Source: a virus | IMG/VR virus record: IMGVR_UViG_3300042890_005556 | Length of the DNA stretch: 64,000 nucleotides | Reading direction: 5' to 3' (one strand) | Shown here: positions 30,021 through 39,966 of the stretch, piece by piece | How positions within the stretch are numbered: the stretch's first letter is position 1 | Layout of the letters: the number at the start of each line of letters is the position of its first letter | Position numbers and translations under genes: made by a program | Notes under the pieces: model-generated | Database searches by the model: none | The model's input: only the letters and a program-made list of their open reading frames with translations | What the model was told of the DNA's origin: nothing

Positions 30021-31415
30021 TCACTTAAATTCGGGTAGTTTTACATTCAGCAAATAGCCGCCACGACTCGGACTCAAGAATCTGTCGAATGACAAACCCC
30101 ATTTAAGCGGGTCAATGCTAGATATTCCAAGCAGATAGCAAACCAAACTCCCTGGAGCACTGCCACGAGGATAAAACGGAAATCCTAGAGACCTCCCATG
30201 ATCTATTAGGTCATATGTTATTAAAAAATAACTGCTAAAACCTTTCTCGATGAACCGAGTAAGTTCTATTCTGGCTTGCTCTGCATATGTCACAAGCTTG
30301 CCATCAACTGGGAACTTAGTCTTCACCTTATCTAAACCAAGCTCTTTGAGTCTCTTCGTCGCAATACGAATCAATTCTTGGTCTGACTGATCGACAGACG
30401 GAATCTTGGGCGTGGAGTCTACATTTAATTTAGAACATCTATTAGCGATTTCTAGAGTATTATCACAAGCTTTCTGGAAAAACCCATCATCGATACCTTT
30501 GCTGTAGGCATTTTCAGTAAATCTCTCATGTAATTCCTCTCGGGTCTTCATGTACTGCTCATCACTATTAACGTGAAAAAGATCAGGGCTATCAACGGTT
30601 GTCTCCTGTGAAATAGCCATCATGATCTTCTGCAATATAAAATCCTTGCGGTGCATGTAATGACAATCATTCGTGATCACCGACGGTACCTTATAATGAT
30701 CAGCAAGTTCGACCTGCCACCGAAAGACCTTCTCATCATTCTCGACCCCAGGCATTTGTAACTCCATAAAATAATCTTCGCCAAATGCGTCTTTGAATTT
30801 TTTTATATAAGCTGCGGCATCCCTAAAACACTCCTTAGAGCTTCTCTCCCAGACCACATTGTCCTCTTTATCCTTAATACTTCTGAATCTAAGCTCATGA
30901 CTAACTGGTCCGTTTAAGCATCCAGAAAGAATGATTAATCCCTCTTTGTACTCACAAAGCTTTTCAAACCATATCCTATTATACTGTGTAGAGCCGAGTC
31001 CAAACAATCCTGTATCATAAGCCTGAGTAGTGAGCTTTATAAGGTTCTCGACACCAGTCTGATTCTTACATACGACAGTTAAATGCCTGTTCCGGAACAT
31101 CCTTGCAGCGAGCTCTTGATTTTCTTTGCGCCATTCTGGAGACCTATATTTAACACCATCCGCGTGCATTTTCTGTCTTAGCGGCTCATAATCATTATAA
31201 TATATCTCACAACCGACTATACTCTTTAGACCGTATTGTTGAAACGCGATGTACATGTCAGGGACACTACCCATATGACCATGCTCCGTAGCAGCCATAG
31301 CCGGATATCCAAGATTATGACACCTCTCGGCATATTGCTGCGGAGACGATACCCCATCAAGAAAGCTGAAAATAGTATGAGCATGGAGATGGACAAAAGG
31401 AGCGTGCGATTGCAT
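30021..31415 (-). CDS. dnaE: DNA polymerase III alpha, N-terminal part (PHP domain + start of palm)
   Basis: FVHLHAH..FLDG, TEHG, GCEIY, SGCLNG, TNDCHY; RGSAPGSLVCYLLGISSIDP..FDRFL. Confidence 0.92.
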   Translation of the reverse strand: MQSHAPFVHLHAHTIFSFLDGVSSPQQYAERCHNLGYPAMAATEHGHMGSVPDMYIAFQQYGLKSIVGCEIYYNDYEPLRQKMHADGVKYRSPEWRKENQELAARMFRNRHLTVVCKNQTGVENLIKLTTQAYDTGLFGLGSTQYNRIWFEKLCEYKEGLIILSGCLNGPVSHELRFRSIKDKEDNVVWERSSKECFRDAAAYIKKFKDAFGEDYFMELQMPGVENDEKVFRWQVELADHYKVPSVITNDCHYMHRKDFILQKIMMAISQETTVDSPDLFHVNSDEQYMKTREELHERFTENAYSKGIDDGFFQKACDNTLEIANRCSKLNVDSTPKIPSVDQSDQELIRIATKRLKELGLDKVKTKFPVDGKLVTYAEQARIELTRFIEKGFSSYFLITYDLIDHGRSLGFPFYPRGSAPGSLVCYLLGISSIDPLKWGLSFDRFLSPSRGGYLLNVKLPEFK

Positions 31416-31495
31416 AGAAATGATCGTATCCCTAGTATCAATATTTAATGACTATCAGAAAAACACAAGTACGCATAGATGAAATTCACCTATAT

Positions 31496-33196
31496 TCATT
31501 TTTTATCCCCGTCCTGTAAGGCATCCATAAACCATGATGGAAACAGCCTACCACTTCTCTTAATAAACCCGACAAAGCTCCCATCAATGATATAAGTGTC
31601 AGCATAATCCTCAGGGCCACGGATAGACCTACCGTACGATTGAACCAGCTTTAAAGCAGTAAGCCAAGGAATATAAGCCGGATCAAGCTGATTACGCCTG
31701 TTAAGCTGCTTATTATCGAAAAAATTCGGAAAAGGTACCTTGCTAATGATCTGAAAACGACTCAAATCACCATTCAAGTCGACACCCTCATGCATAGCAG
31801 GAGCAACAAGAATACTGCCGGGTCTGCGAGCATGCAGCTCCAGTAACTCCTTCTTATCAGGAAACATCCTCTGAGTGATAAATCTGTGCCTACTTTGGCA
31901 ACCATCGTAGAGAGCATCAAGAATAGCAAAATTGTGTGTATGAATCATACCACGTTCATCCGGATATCGATCACATATCTCATCAACAACATCTATCACC
32001 TTAGGCATCCACTCATTCATGCGGCTCTTACCTCCTGTAAGATTGCCACAATCCTTGAAATAGATCGGACGATTCTCTACAGGGAACCTATTCTTCATCC
32101 TGTATGACGCAATTTGATCCTTCTCAAGACCCAAAGCATTACAAAAGACATTGATATCAAGAATCGTAGCGCTCATAATAAGCACCTTGTCAGCAAACCT
32201 GAAAAGCATCTTATCCGCATAATCCCGAATGAAAACAGGCTTAAATTCGACCGAAAATTCCTTGCTCCTCTCAGCATAAGTAGTCTGACATACCCACTCA
32301 GAATTTTCGAATGTCTCCAAGAACTGGATGACCCGTTTAACAAGCTTACTCAAATCGTCCTCAGTCTTGTGATCCTCTCTGCGTTTAGCATCTTCGATCG
32401 CAAGAGCTATCACTTCAGCGATACGTTCTTCTTTACACCATTCAAAATAATCTCGCGGATCTTCATACTTTGGCAAAATGACACCAAAATCCTTAAATGT
32501 ATCACTCGCAAACACAAACGACACAACGTCGAGCAAAACCTGCTCAATATTATGACCCTCATCGATAATCAAAAGATCTCTCGGCATATCGAACCTACGA
32601 GTCATCATAGTCTGATAAATGAAGCTATTGAAATTCATACAGACGACAGGACCATTAACAGACTTAAAGACCTGCTCGTAATAAGCACATGCACTGTACA
32701 CCTTACCAGCCGGAAGATGATTCAAGTCGCCCTTCGGGACACCCGGAATCTGATCTCTCAAGAAACACCCAGAGCACTTGTGACCGTCTTTGCGTCCTAC
32801 CTTCGATTTGCAATACCCAGCTGCACAATCCGGCTTCTCATCAATCTTCTCATCGAGCCTATCAAGCGGAATAATTTTTGCGAGCTTATCCCTGTTTCTC
32901 TCATAATAGTCGCAGTGATACGCATTCCTACCTTTGAGTTCTACAACCTTATCGCCAAAATCATTCATGAACTGATCTTGAAGAATCTTCGTGATTGTGA
33001 GATAATACGAGCTTTCAGCCATATTAGCCATCGTCATACCAATAGCTGATTTACCAGAGCCGGTAGGGCATTCGAGAATCACGACCTTCTTACCCTCATT
33101 GAACTGCTTACAAGCAAATTCAATAGCCTTCTTTTGGCCATCACGAAATTCAGCCTTCGGGAAACAGTCGTCAATTCTGTCTAGATCATATTGCAT
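31496..33196 (-). CDS. DinG/XPD-family SF2 helicase
   Basis: ECPTGSGKS, LKGRNAYHC, Cys cluster, IIDEGHN, MSAT, EGVD, QSYGRSIR. Confidence 0.9.
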   Translation of the reverse strand: MQYDLDRIDDCFPKAEFRDGQKKAIEFACKQFNEGKKVVILECPTGSGKSAIGMTMANMAESSYYLTITKILQDQFMNDFGDKVVELKGRNAYHCDYYERNRDKLAKIIPLDRLDEKIDEKPDCAAGYCKSKVGRKDGHKCSGCFLRDQIPGVPKGDLNHLPAGKVYSACAYYEQVFKSVNGPVVCMNFNSFIYQTMMTRRFDMPRDLLIIDEGHNIEQVLLDVVSFVFASDTFKDFGVILPKYEDPRDYFEWCKEERIAEVIALAIEDAKRREDHKTEDDLSKLVKRVIQFLETFENSEWVCQTTYAERSKEFSVEFKPVFIRDYADKMLFRFADKVLIMSATILDINVFCNALGLEKDQIASYRMKNRFPVENRPIYFKDCGNLTGGKSRMNEWMPKVIDVVDEICDRYPDERGMIHTHNFAILDALYDGCQSRHRFITQRMFPDKKELLELHARRPGSILVAPAMHEGVDLNGDLSRFQIISKVPFPNFFDNKQLNRRNQLDPAYIPWLTALKLVQSYGRSIRGPEDYADTYIIDGSFVGFIKRSGRLFPSWFMDALQDGDKK

Positions 33197-33289
33197 TATT
33201 GCGCTCTCTTTCTAATTAAACAATACACGATTTATAACGATATTACTTCAGTATTTGAGCATTGAAACCAGACCCCATAGAAAGAACAT

Positions 33290-34378
33290 ATGAGCCAAGT
33301 ACTAATCACAGCAGACATCCACTTTGGCGTACCCGGCAGACTTGACGATATCTTATACTCTTGTAGAGTAATGAGAGAATATTGTCGACTAGCGAACATC
33401 GACACAATACTCGTGCTGGGTGACCTATATCACGACCGCAGATACCTTGAAATAGACGTACTATCAGCATCCTATAAATTCTTCGAAGAATGCTACTCAA
33501 AATATAACCAACGCTGGGTGATATTTCCAGGCAATCATGATATGTTTCTCAGACATAGCTGGAGAATTAACAGCCTAACGCCGTTAGCACAAGTAACCAC
33601 ATTAATAGAGGACGTATGCAAAATAGAAATAGAACGCCAAACATTCTGGATACTGCCATTCATATCATACGAAAAATCATATATGACAGTGCTGAACAAA
33701 ATAAATGAACAAGCAGATAAAAACGACATTCTCTTAACTCACATCGGTGTAAATGGCGCTACCATGAACACATGCTTCATGTTAAAAGACTGGGGCCTCG
33801 TTAATTTTAGCGATACGAAATTCAAGAGAGTCTACACAGGACACTTCCACAGCAAACAATCAATTGGTGATAGAGTATTCTATCCAGGCAGCCCAATACC
33901 ATTTAAACACGACGAAGGCAATGTTCCTCACGGCTTCTACGTCTATAATCTAGAAACAAGCGAACACAAATTCATAAACATCTGGAAGGCCGGAAAGCAA
34001 TTTTTCCCTAACGAAACGCCACCACCACAATTCTGCAGCATACTGGATACAGACCTTGACAATCTAACACCAGAAGATGTAAAACACAACAAAGTCAGAA
34101 TAGCATTATCCGCTGACACCCCAGCAGATAAAAAAAGAGAAATAAAAGAAAGACTCGAAGCATTAGGGGCTGAAAATGTAAGCTGGATGAACCTAAAAGA
34201 AGCAGCCCCAGACATACAAGAAATAAATCACAATATCGAAAAATCAGACTTATTCGAACTGTTCATAGCTAATAACGAAAAAAGCACAAAAGATTTAAAC
34301 ATAGACCTACTAAGAAGACTAAATGCTGAGATAATCCGCGAAGGAGATGAACAATATAGTCTCTCATCAGATAATTGA
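33290..34378 (+). CDS. SbcD/Mre11/gp47-like nuclease
   Basis: ADIHFG, LGDLYH, PGNHD, TGHFH, YPGSP. Confidence 0.88.
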   Translation: MSQVLITADIHFGVPGRLDDILYSCRVMREYCRLANIDTILVLGDLYHDRRYLEIDVLSASYKFFEECYSKYNQRWVIFPGNHDMFLRHSWRINSLTPLAQVTTLIEDVCKIEIERQTFWILPFISYEKSYMTVLNKINEQADKNDILLTHIGVNGATMNTCFMLKDWGLVNFSDTKFKRVYTGHFHSKQSIGDRVFYPGSPIPFKHDEGNVPHGFYVYNLETSEHKFINIWKAGKQFFPNETPPPQFCSILDTDLDNLTPEDVKHNKVRIALSADTPADKKREIKERLEALGAENVSWMNLKEAAPDIQEINHNIEKSDLFELFIANNEKSTKDLNIDLLRRLNAEIIREGDEQYSLSSDN

Positions 34379-34419
34379 GAAAATAACACCGCACTGTCAT
34401 ATTAATTCAGGAGGCAATA

Positions 34420-34830
34420 ATGCTAAACGACCTAAAGACAGAGATGAAGAATGCGTTCTCAATACCAGCACCTGCAATCGGCATTGACGTCGACGGCACA
34501 ATCGACCAAGCACCTGAGTTTTTTGCTACGCTAACACAGAATTGGCCAGGCGAAATTCACATCATCACGATGAGAAGCGACCCGCAGGACATCGCTGATA
34601 CACTTACACATTACGGCCTTAAATGGACACATATCCACCCAGTGTATGGTGTAAAATGCAAGGCCGAAATCATTGCGCGGCACAAGCTTGTCATGTACTT
34701 TGATGATATGCCTGAAGTGTTGCAGACAGTCGAAGAGCCATATAACGTCTGCTTGATCAGAAATCCAGGTAACTTCGATCATGATACCAAGCAATATATT
34801 ATGAGTAATAAAACCGCTTATCTCATATAA
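34420..34830 (+). CDS. HAD-superfamily phosphatase
   Basis: GIDVDGT motif I, ITMR, K, FDD motif IV. Confidence 0.75.
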   Translation: MLNDLKTEMKNAFSIPAPAIGIDVDGTIDQAPEFFATLTQNWPGEIHIITMRSDPQDIADTLTHYGLKWTHIHPVYGVKCKAEIIARHKLVMYFDDMPEVLQTVEEPYNVCLIRNPGNFDHDTKQYIMSNKTAYLI

Positions 34831-36193
34831 GCGGTTCATCCGGAAGTCCCAAAGCTCTTCTATTAGATCGAAGCTTATCTAATTCCCGATCTGGATCATA
34901 ATTTCCAGGCTGATTTGGTCCCAAATCGGGAATTACAACTTCGCCTTTATACATCCCAATATTCGTAGGGGTAGCATCAGTGTGAATAAAGCCAGTATCA
35001 TCATAAAGTTTTCGCAAGATCTTAAGCATATCCATCATATAAGGCTTAAGACTTTCTTGTAGCCTATTATCCTTAATGATATCATCACATATTTTCGATT
35101 GTACTGTTACATCAGAAGGAAAACCATTAAAATCATCATCGTCAATCAGAAGAGTAAGATAGTCACTTGCTTTTTTGTATTGCTTATCGACATTTTGCAT
35201 GTCCACTGCTGGCATCAAAATAGCATAGTAGCCGCCATCCAGCTTCTTAATATCCATAGCCACAGTGTTGGTGTTTTTTTGTTGTTTCGCAAGATACGCA
35301 ACATTAGCCTCTACTCTGTTGTTTGTTATCTTAATCACGAGATTATCGATGAAATACGCCCTCGCTGTACCCCCTTCACGAAAATAAGGCACTTTGCCAG
35401 GGACGAGTTCAACTCCGTGGGATTCAGCCCAGCTAATAAACTCTGGGTCACTAAAATACCGGTCAGAAGCAGCTAATTTGCTTTCTGTAAGTTGAGCCCC
35501 GATATTAAATGTACTTGATATTATATCAGATACCTCTCTGAGCCTGTATTTTAATAACGCTTTTTTGCGTCCCAATTCTAATTTCTTCTCTTTCCCATCA
35601 CCGATAGTGTACTTCCATCTGTCTTGATATTCTTGTTTTTCTCTTGGTTTTATAGACTTATGAGACTCTTTGATATAGAACGGCTCGAATTTAAATTCTG
35701 TTGAATTATATGCAGGATATACAATTGACGTTGGGGGTATACCACGCTTTAAAAGCGTTTGTGCCATCGAATCTAAACTTCTTTTTGAGTCGCCGATTGC
35801 CCATACACATACGAATGGAACACCGTTTATTAGGTCATGATATCCGTCTTCTACATCCACTTTACAAAATGCTTTAAGATCGGTCTCATCGATAGTCAAG
35901 TTTCCGAACCTGCCCCACACTGCTATCTTTTCAATGTTTAACGTAGCATATTCTTCTGCCCAGTCTAAATTGGGTGTCTTCTCTAACTGCTGTTGATGGT
36001 AGTAGAAAAAGTCTTTGTCGTTAAACCAATCTTGATGTGATCTGTTTAAAACCCAGTCTATGAACACCACACCAGTCTGTATGTGGTATGCAAAGTTGTA
36101 AACATGGTCGACTTTTGCTACACCTATTCCCATGGCTTCGTCCATGGTCATGTTTCGGAATATGCTAAGTGTTTGAGACTCGATAGTATCCAT
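34823..36193 (-). CDS. Protein with C-terminal protein-kinase/APH-like domain
   Basis: EGGTARAY..VIKIT..HTDATPTNIG..IPDLG. Confidence 0.65.
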   Translation of the reverse strand: MDTIESQTLSIFRNMTMDEAMGIGVAKVDHVYNFAYHIQTGVVFIDWVLNRSHQDWFNDKDFFYYHQQQLEKTPNLDWAEEYATLNIEKIAVWGRFGNLTIDETDLKAFCKVDVEDGYHDLINGVPFVCVWAIGDSKRSLDSMAQTLLKRGIPPTSIVYPAYNSTEFKFEPFYIKESHKSIKPREKQEYQDRWKYTIGDGKEKKLELGRKKALLKYRLREVSDIISSTFNIGAQLTESKLAASDRYFSDPEFISWAESHGVELVPGKVPYFREGGTARAYFIDNLVIKITNNRVEANVAYLAKQQKNTNTVAMDIKKLDGGYYAILMPAVDMQNVDKQYKKASDYLTLLIDDDDFNGFPSDVTVQSKICDDIIKDNRLQESLKPYMMDMLKILRKLYDDTGFIHTDATPTNIGMYKGEVVIPDLGPNQPGNYDPDRELDKLRSNRRALGLPDEPLI

Positions 36194-36308
36194 TGTGTAT
36201 CCTTATTGTGATTCCAGTTTATTTTTTTATTTAATTATTGAGAACATGACAAAACCGTGCCACAACATATCAGTTCAATGACCCCGAAATCCTACTAAGG
36301 ACCTAGCA

Positions 36309-37613
36309 TTGCAAAACGCAATCGACACGATCAAAGCACTCGAAGCCACCAATAGCCGAAATGAAAAAGAAGCGATCCTAACAGAAGCAATCACACAATA
36401 CCCAGAATTATCACAGATCTTCACAGCAGCACTAGACCCATACATCAACTACTATATCATCCAAATGCCGACCAAAGGCACAGGAACCGGACTACCATTA
36501 AACGAATTTCTAGAAAAAGTCAGCTTCCTGTCGAACAGAACCATCACCGGCAACGACGCCAGAGACCTCGTCAGGACACTTAGCCAACAAGCTACAGAAG
36601 AAGAATGGCACTACATCTACAAACGCATCATCCTTAAAGACCTCAAATGTGGTGCGACTGAAAAGACGATTAACAAAGTCTACAAAGCAGTGACAGGCAA
36701 AGAACTCGTCCAAGTATTCTCATGCCAACTAGCTCACGATAGTGCCGATCACCTCACTAAAATGGTAGGACCAAAAATCATCCAAGCCAAATTAGATGGC
36801 GTCCGAATCGTAGCGATCAGAATTGGCAAAGCATGTACACTGTATAGCCGCACTGGCAAAATCATCTCAAACTTCCCGCAGATCCAGGATGCAATAAGCT
36901 CGCTAGAACTGCCGCAAGGATACGAAGAAGGAATTGTATTTGATGGCGAAATCATGAGTGCATCATTCCAAGACCTTATGAAGCAGCTCAACCGTAAAGA
37001 CAACGTTAACACCAATGATAGCAAATATTACATCTTCGATATGCTTCCATTGAACGAGTTTACTAAGGGGACTAGCACCCTCAGCCAGCTTGAAAGGATG
37101 GAAAAAATAACCGAAGTCATCAAAACCAGCAATAGCAGCGAACTGCTCGACACATTGCTTCATGATATAGTGGACCTCAGCACAGATGAAGGACAATCAC
37201 AATACAAGGAAATCAACAGGAGAGCAATAGAATCAGGTTACGAGGGCATCATGATTAAAGACCCCGCAGCAATCTACCAATGCAAGAGAACGTCAGCATG
37301 GTTAAAAATGAAGCCATTCATCGAAGTGACTGTAGAGATAAAGGGCTATGAAGAAGGCACTGGCAAACACATTGGAATCCTGGGTGGTTTTCAATGTGAT
37401 GGTTATGACAATGGCAAGAATTTTACGGTCAGCGTTGGTGGCGGGTACACCGATGAGCAACGCAAGACATTCTGGGAATCAAGAGAAGATCTGATTGGTC
37501 AACTTATCGAAGTGAGAGCAGATGCTATCACTCAAAATCAGGATGGAACTTACAGTCTGAGGTTCCCTAGATTTCAACGATTTAGAAGCATGGCTGCTGG
37601 TGAGAAGATCTGA
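36309..37613 (+). CDS. ATP-dependent DNA ligase
   Basis: KLDGVR, FDGEI, IFD, EGIMIK, WLKMK, SLRFPRF. Confidence 0.93.
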   Translation: MQNAIDTIKALEATNSRNEKEAILTEAITQYPELSQIFTAALDPYINYYIIQMPTKGTGTGLPLNEFLEKVSFLSNRTITGNDARDLVRTLSQQATEEEWHYIYKRIILKDLKCGATEKTINKVYKAVTGKELVQVFSCQLAHDSADHLTKMVGPKIIQAKLDGVRIVAIRIGKACTLYSRTGKIISNFPQIQDAISSLELPQGYEEGIVFDGEIMSASFQDLMKQLNRKDNVNTNDSKYYIFDMLPLNEFTKGTSTLSQLERMEKITEVIKTSNSSELLDTLLHDIVDLSTDEGQSQYKEINRRAIESGYEGIMIKDPAAIYQCKRTSAWLKMKPFIEVTVEIKGYEEGTGKHIGILGGFQCDGYDNGKNFTVSVGGGYTDEQRKTFWESREDLIGQLIEVRADAITQNQDGTYSLRFPRFQRFRSMAAGEKI

Positions 37614-37617
37614 TTAT

Positions 37618-37668
37618 AGACAGCCAGCAAAACGAGGCATGTAAGTGTTGCTGGCTGTCTTTGTTTCT
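37618..37668 (+). terminator. Rho-independent terminator between convergent genes
   Basis: 13-bp stem AGACAGCCAGCAA/TTGCTGGCTGTCT followed by TTGTTTCT. Confidence 0.7.
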
Positions 37669-37722
37669 ATGAACTATCGCGTACATCCAAGCTTCTCCTT
37701 CTTATTTTCGAAGATCATCTTC

Positions 37723-39924
37723 CTATTGATCATTTTTAACACAGACAACACTAGCACCATTACTTAGATTAGTAATCGAGTTTGTGCATGAAACCTGCTC
37801 CCAATTGTTACCCCCTGCTATTGTCTGAACGGGGGAAGACCTGGCGAGAAGCGTATTATCACCCAGCCGACCACCTGCGCCAAAGGTACCAGGACCATTC
37901 TTGCCCCACATCCATAAAGTCCCATCATATTTAACAGCGCCAGTAAAACCAATACCACATGCTACTTGTTTCCAATCAGTACCGAGAGTTACAGTCTGGA
38001 CAGGTGAAGACATATTAGATCTAGCATTATTACCTAAATCACCATCTGTTCCCCGGCCCCATAACCATAAGGTACCGTCAGTTTTTATAGCAGCACAATG
38101 CATTCCTATCGACACTTGTTTCCAATCAGTACCGCGAGATATAGTCTGAACGGGAGATGATCTACCAACTGTGGTATTATCACCAAGCTGACCATAACTA
38201 TTACCGCCCCACGTCCATAATGTGCCATCAGTCTTAATAGCGGCCATGCTGTATGTCCCACACGACACCTGCTTCCAATTATTACCCCTTGCAATTGTCT
38301 GAACTGGAGAAGACCTGGTAATTCCAGTATTATCGCCAAGCACTCCGACATGGTCGTAAGAATTAAAGCCCCACGTCCATAATGTGCCATCAGTCTTTAT
38401 AGCAGCACAATTATACTTACCGTTGGATACTTGCTTCCAATTATTCCCAGCACATACAGTTTGCACCGGAGAACTTTTATTAACCACAGTATTGTCACCA
38501 AGATTACCGGCGTATAAATAATTTTGGCCCCACACCCATAATGTGCCATCAGTCTTAATAGCAGCAGTGCTAAAACCACCAGCAGATACCTGCTTCCAAT
38601 CGTACCCACCAGATACAGTTTGTACCGGCGAAAATCTGGAAATAGTAGTATTATCACCAAGACAGCCATCAGGATTATTCTTGCCCCACAGCCACAATGT
38701 ACCATCAGTCTTAATACCAGCGGTAAAGCCAAGACCCTGTGACGCTTGCTGCCAATTTATTCCACGAGCAATAGTCTGCACAGGCGAAGACCTGCTTGTA
38801 CCAGTATTATCTCCTAATGCACCTTGGTTATATCCCCAACCCCACAGTGTACCACCAATAGCCGTCACCGTTATAGTGAATACATTCTCATAATACAAAC
38901 CACCCTGATCCGTCGAACGGATTCGAACCGAATAACTGTCCTCGGTCTGATAGTCAAAAGCAGCATCGGCTTTCAGGCTTGATCCATCAATAGTAAACGA
39001 AGCGTTATTCGTATCACCAGTGCCGCTGGCAAGCGAATACGTGAAAGAATCACCAGCATCTGGGTCGACTGTAGAAAACGTTCCAATAACTGCCCCGATC
39101 GCATTATTCTCAGCAACCGAAGCAGCTGAAATCGAGATATCTGTTGGAGCTTGATTCTCTGCTACGTCCGTCACCGTAATGGTGAAAGCCTTCTCCGTAG
39201 TTAACCCACCCTGATCTGTCGAACGTACACGAACCGTATAGCTATTCTTGGACTCAAAGTTGAAAGCCGCATTCGCCTTCAGGCTTGATCCTACTATAGT
39301 AAACGAAGCGTTATTCGTATCCCCAGTACCAGCTACAAATGTGCACGTGAAAGAATTACCAGCATCTGGGTCGACTGTAGAAAATGTACCAATAACAGCC
39401 CCGATTTCATTATTCTCAGCAATCGAAGCAGATGATAACGTGATGTCTGTAGGCGCGAGATTGAGAACTGCGACCTCGCTAACAGAGCTCACAGACTGTA
39501 AAGCATCTGTAATAGCACCGCTAGCCACTGGATCAGCAAGCAAAGCATAAAAATTCGCCTTCCCATCTAAATCATTAAAGCTTCCATTTCTATACTGAAC
39601 ACAATAGTAACCACTAGTCTCATCATCATAAGTAACAATACCACTAATATCCATCCACCAATCAGAAATCGTTTTATCTATAACAGGAGCAGATACAATA
39701 AAATTCAGATACTTCCCATCTGGAGATCCAAGAGTGAGTAGCTCCTGAAGAGAATCAACCACATCAGATTCGTCCGTATAAAGCTGACTAAAATTAATAT
39801 TGCTTTCTGATTCAAATGGGCTAGAGATGACGCCGTTTGAGTAAGTCGTTTCAAATGGACCACTTGTCCCATCTGTGTATGCCGCGACGCCAGAGATTTT
39901 GAACGTGAATGATGTGATAGGCAA
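37723..39924 (-). CDS. Two cadherin-like domains + RCC1/BLIP-II beta-propeller (putative virion adhesin)
   Basis: APTDI.LS...AENN..G..IG..STVDPD..VRSTDQGG twice; about seven AAIKTDGTLW.WG..G.LGDNT..SSPVQT repeats. Confidence 0.85.
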   Translation of the reverse strand: MPITSFTFKISGVAAYTDGTSGPFETTYSNGVISSPFESESNINFSQLYTDESDVVDSLQELLTLGSPDGKYLNFIVSAPVIDKTISDWWMDISGIVTYDDETSGYYCVQYRNGSFNDLDGKANFYALLADPVASGAITDALQSVSSVSEVAVLNLAPTDITLSSASIAENNEIGAVIGTFSTVDPDAGNSFTCTFVAGTGDTNNASFTIVGSSLKANAAFNFESKNSYTVRVRSTDQGGLTTEKAFTITVTDVAENQAPTDISISAASVAENNAIGAVIGTFSTVDPDAGDSFTYSLASGTGDTNNASFTIDGSSLKADAAFDYQTEDSYSVRIRSTDQGGLYYENVFTITVTAIGGTLWGWGYNQGALGDNTGTSRSSPVQTIARGINWQQASQGLGFTAGIKTDGTLWLWGKNNPDGCLGDNTTISRFSPVQTVSGGYDWKQVSAGGFSTAAIKTDGTLWVWGQNYLYAGNLGDNTVVNKSSPVQTVCAGNNWKQVSNGKYNCAAIKTDGTLWTWGFNSYDHVGVLGDNTGITRSSPVQTIARGNNWKQVSCGTYSMAAIKTDGTLWTWGGNSYGQLGDNTTVGRSSPVQTISRGTDWKQVSIGMHCAAIKTDGTLWLWGRGTDGDLGNNARSNMSSPVQTVTLGTDWKQVACGIGFTGAVKYDGTLWMWGKNGPGTFGAGGRLGDNTLLARSSPVQTIAGGNNWEQVSCTNSITNLSNGASVVCVKNDQ

Positions 39925-39966
39925 TTGGTTTGTCCCTTTTAATCGTCTAATTTAATATTTAATTCA

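Noticed and set aside
32114-33049. 311-aa plus-strand ORF
   Set aside because: Entirely antisense to the DinG-like helicase, with no motifs; a shadow ORF favoured by the local codon skew
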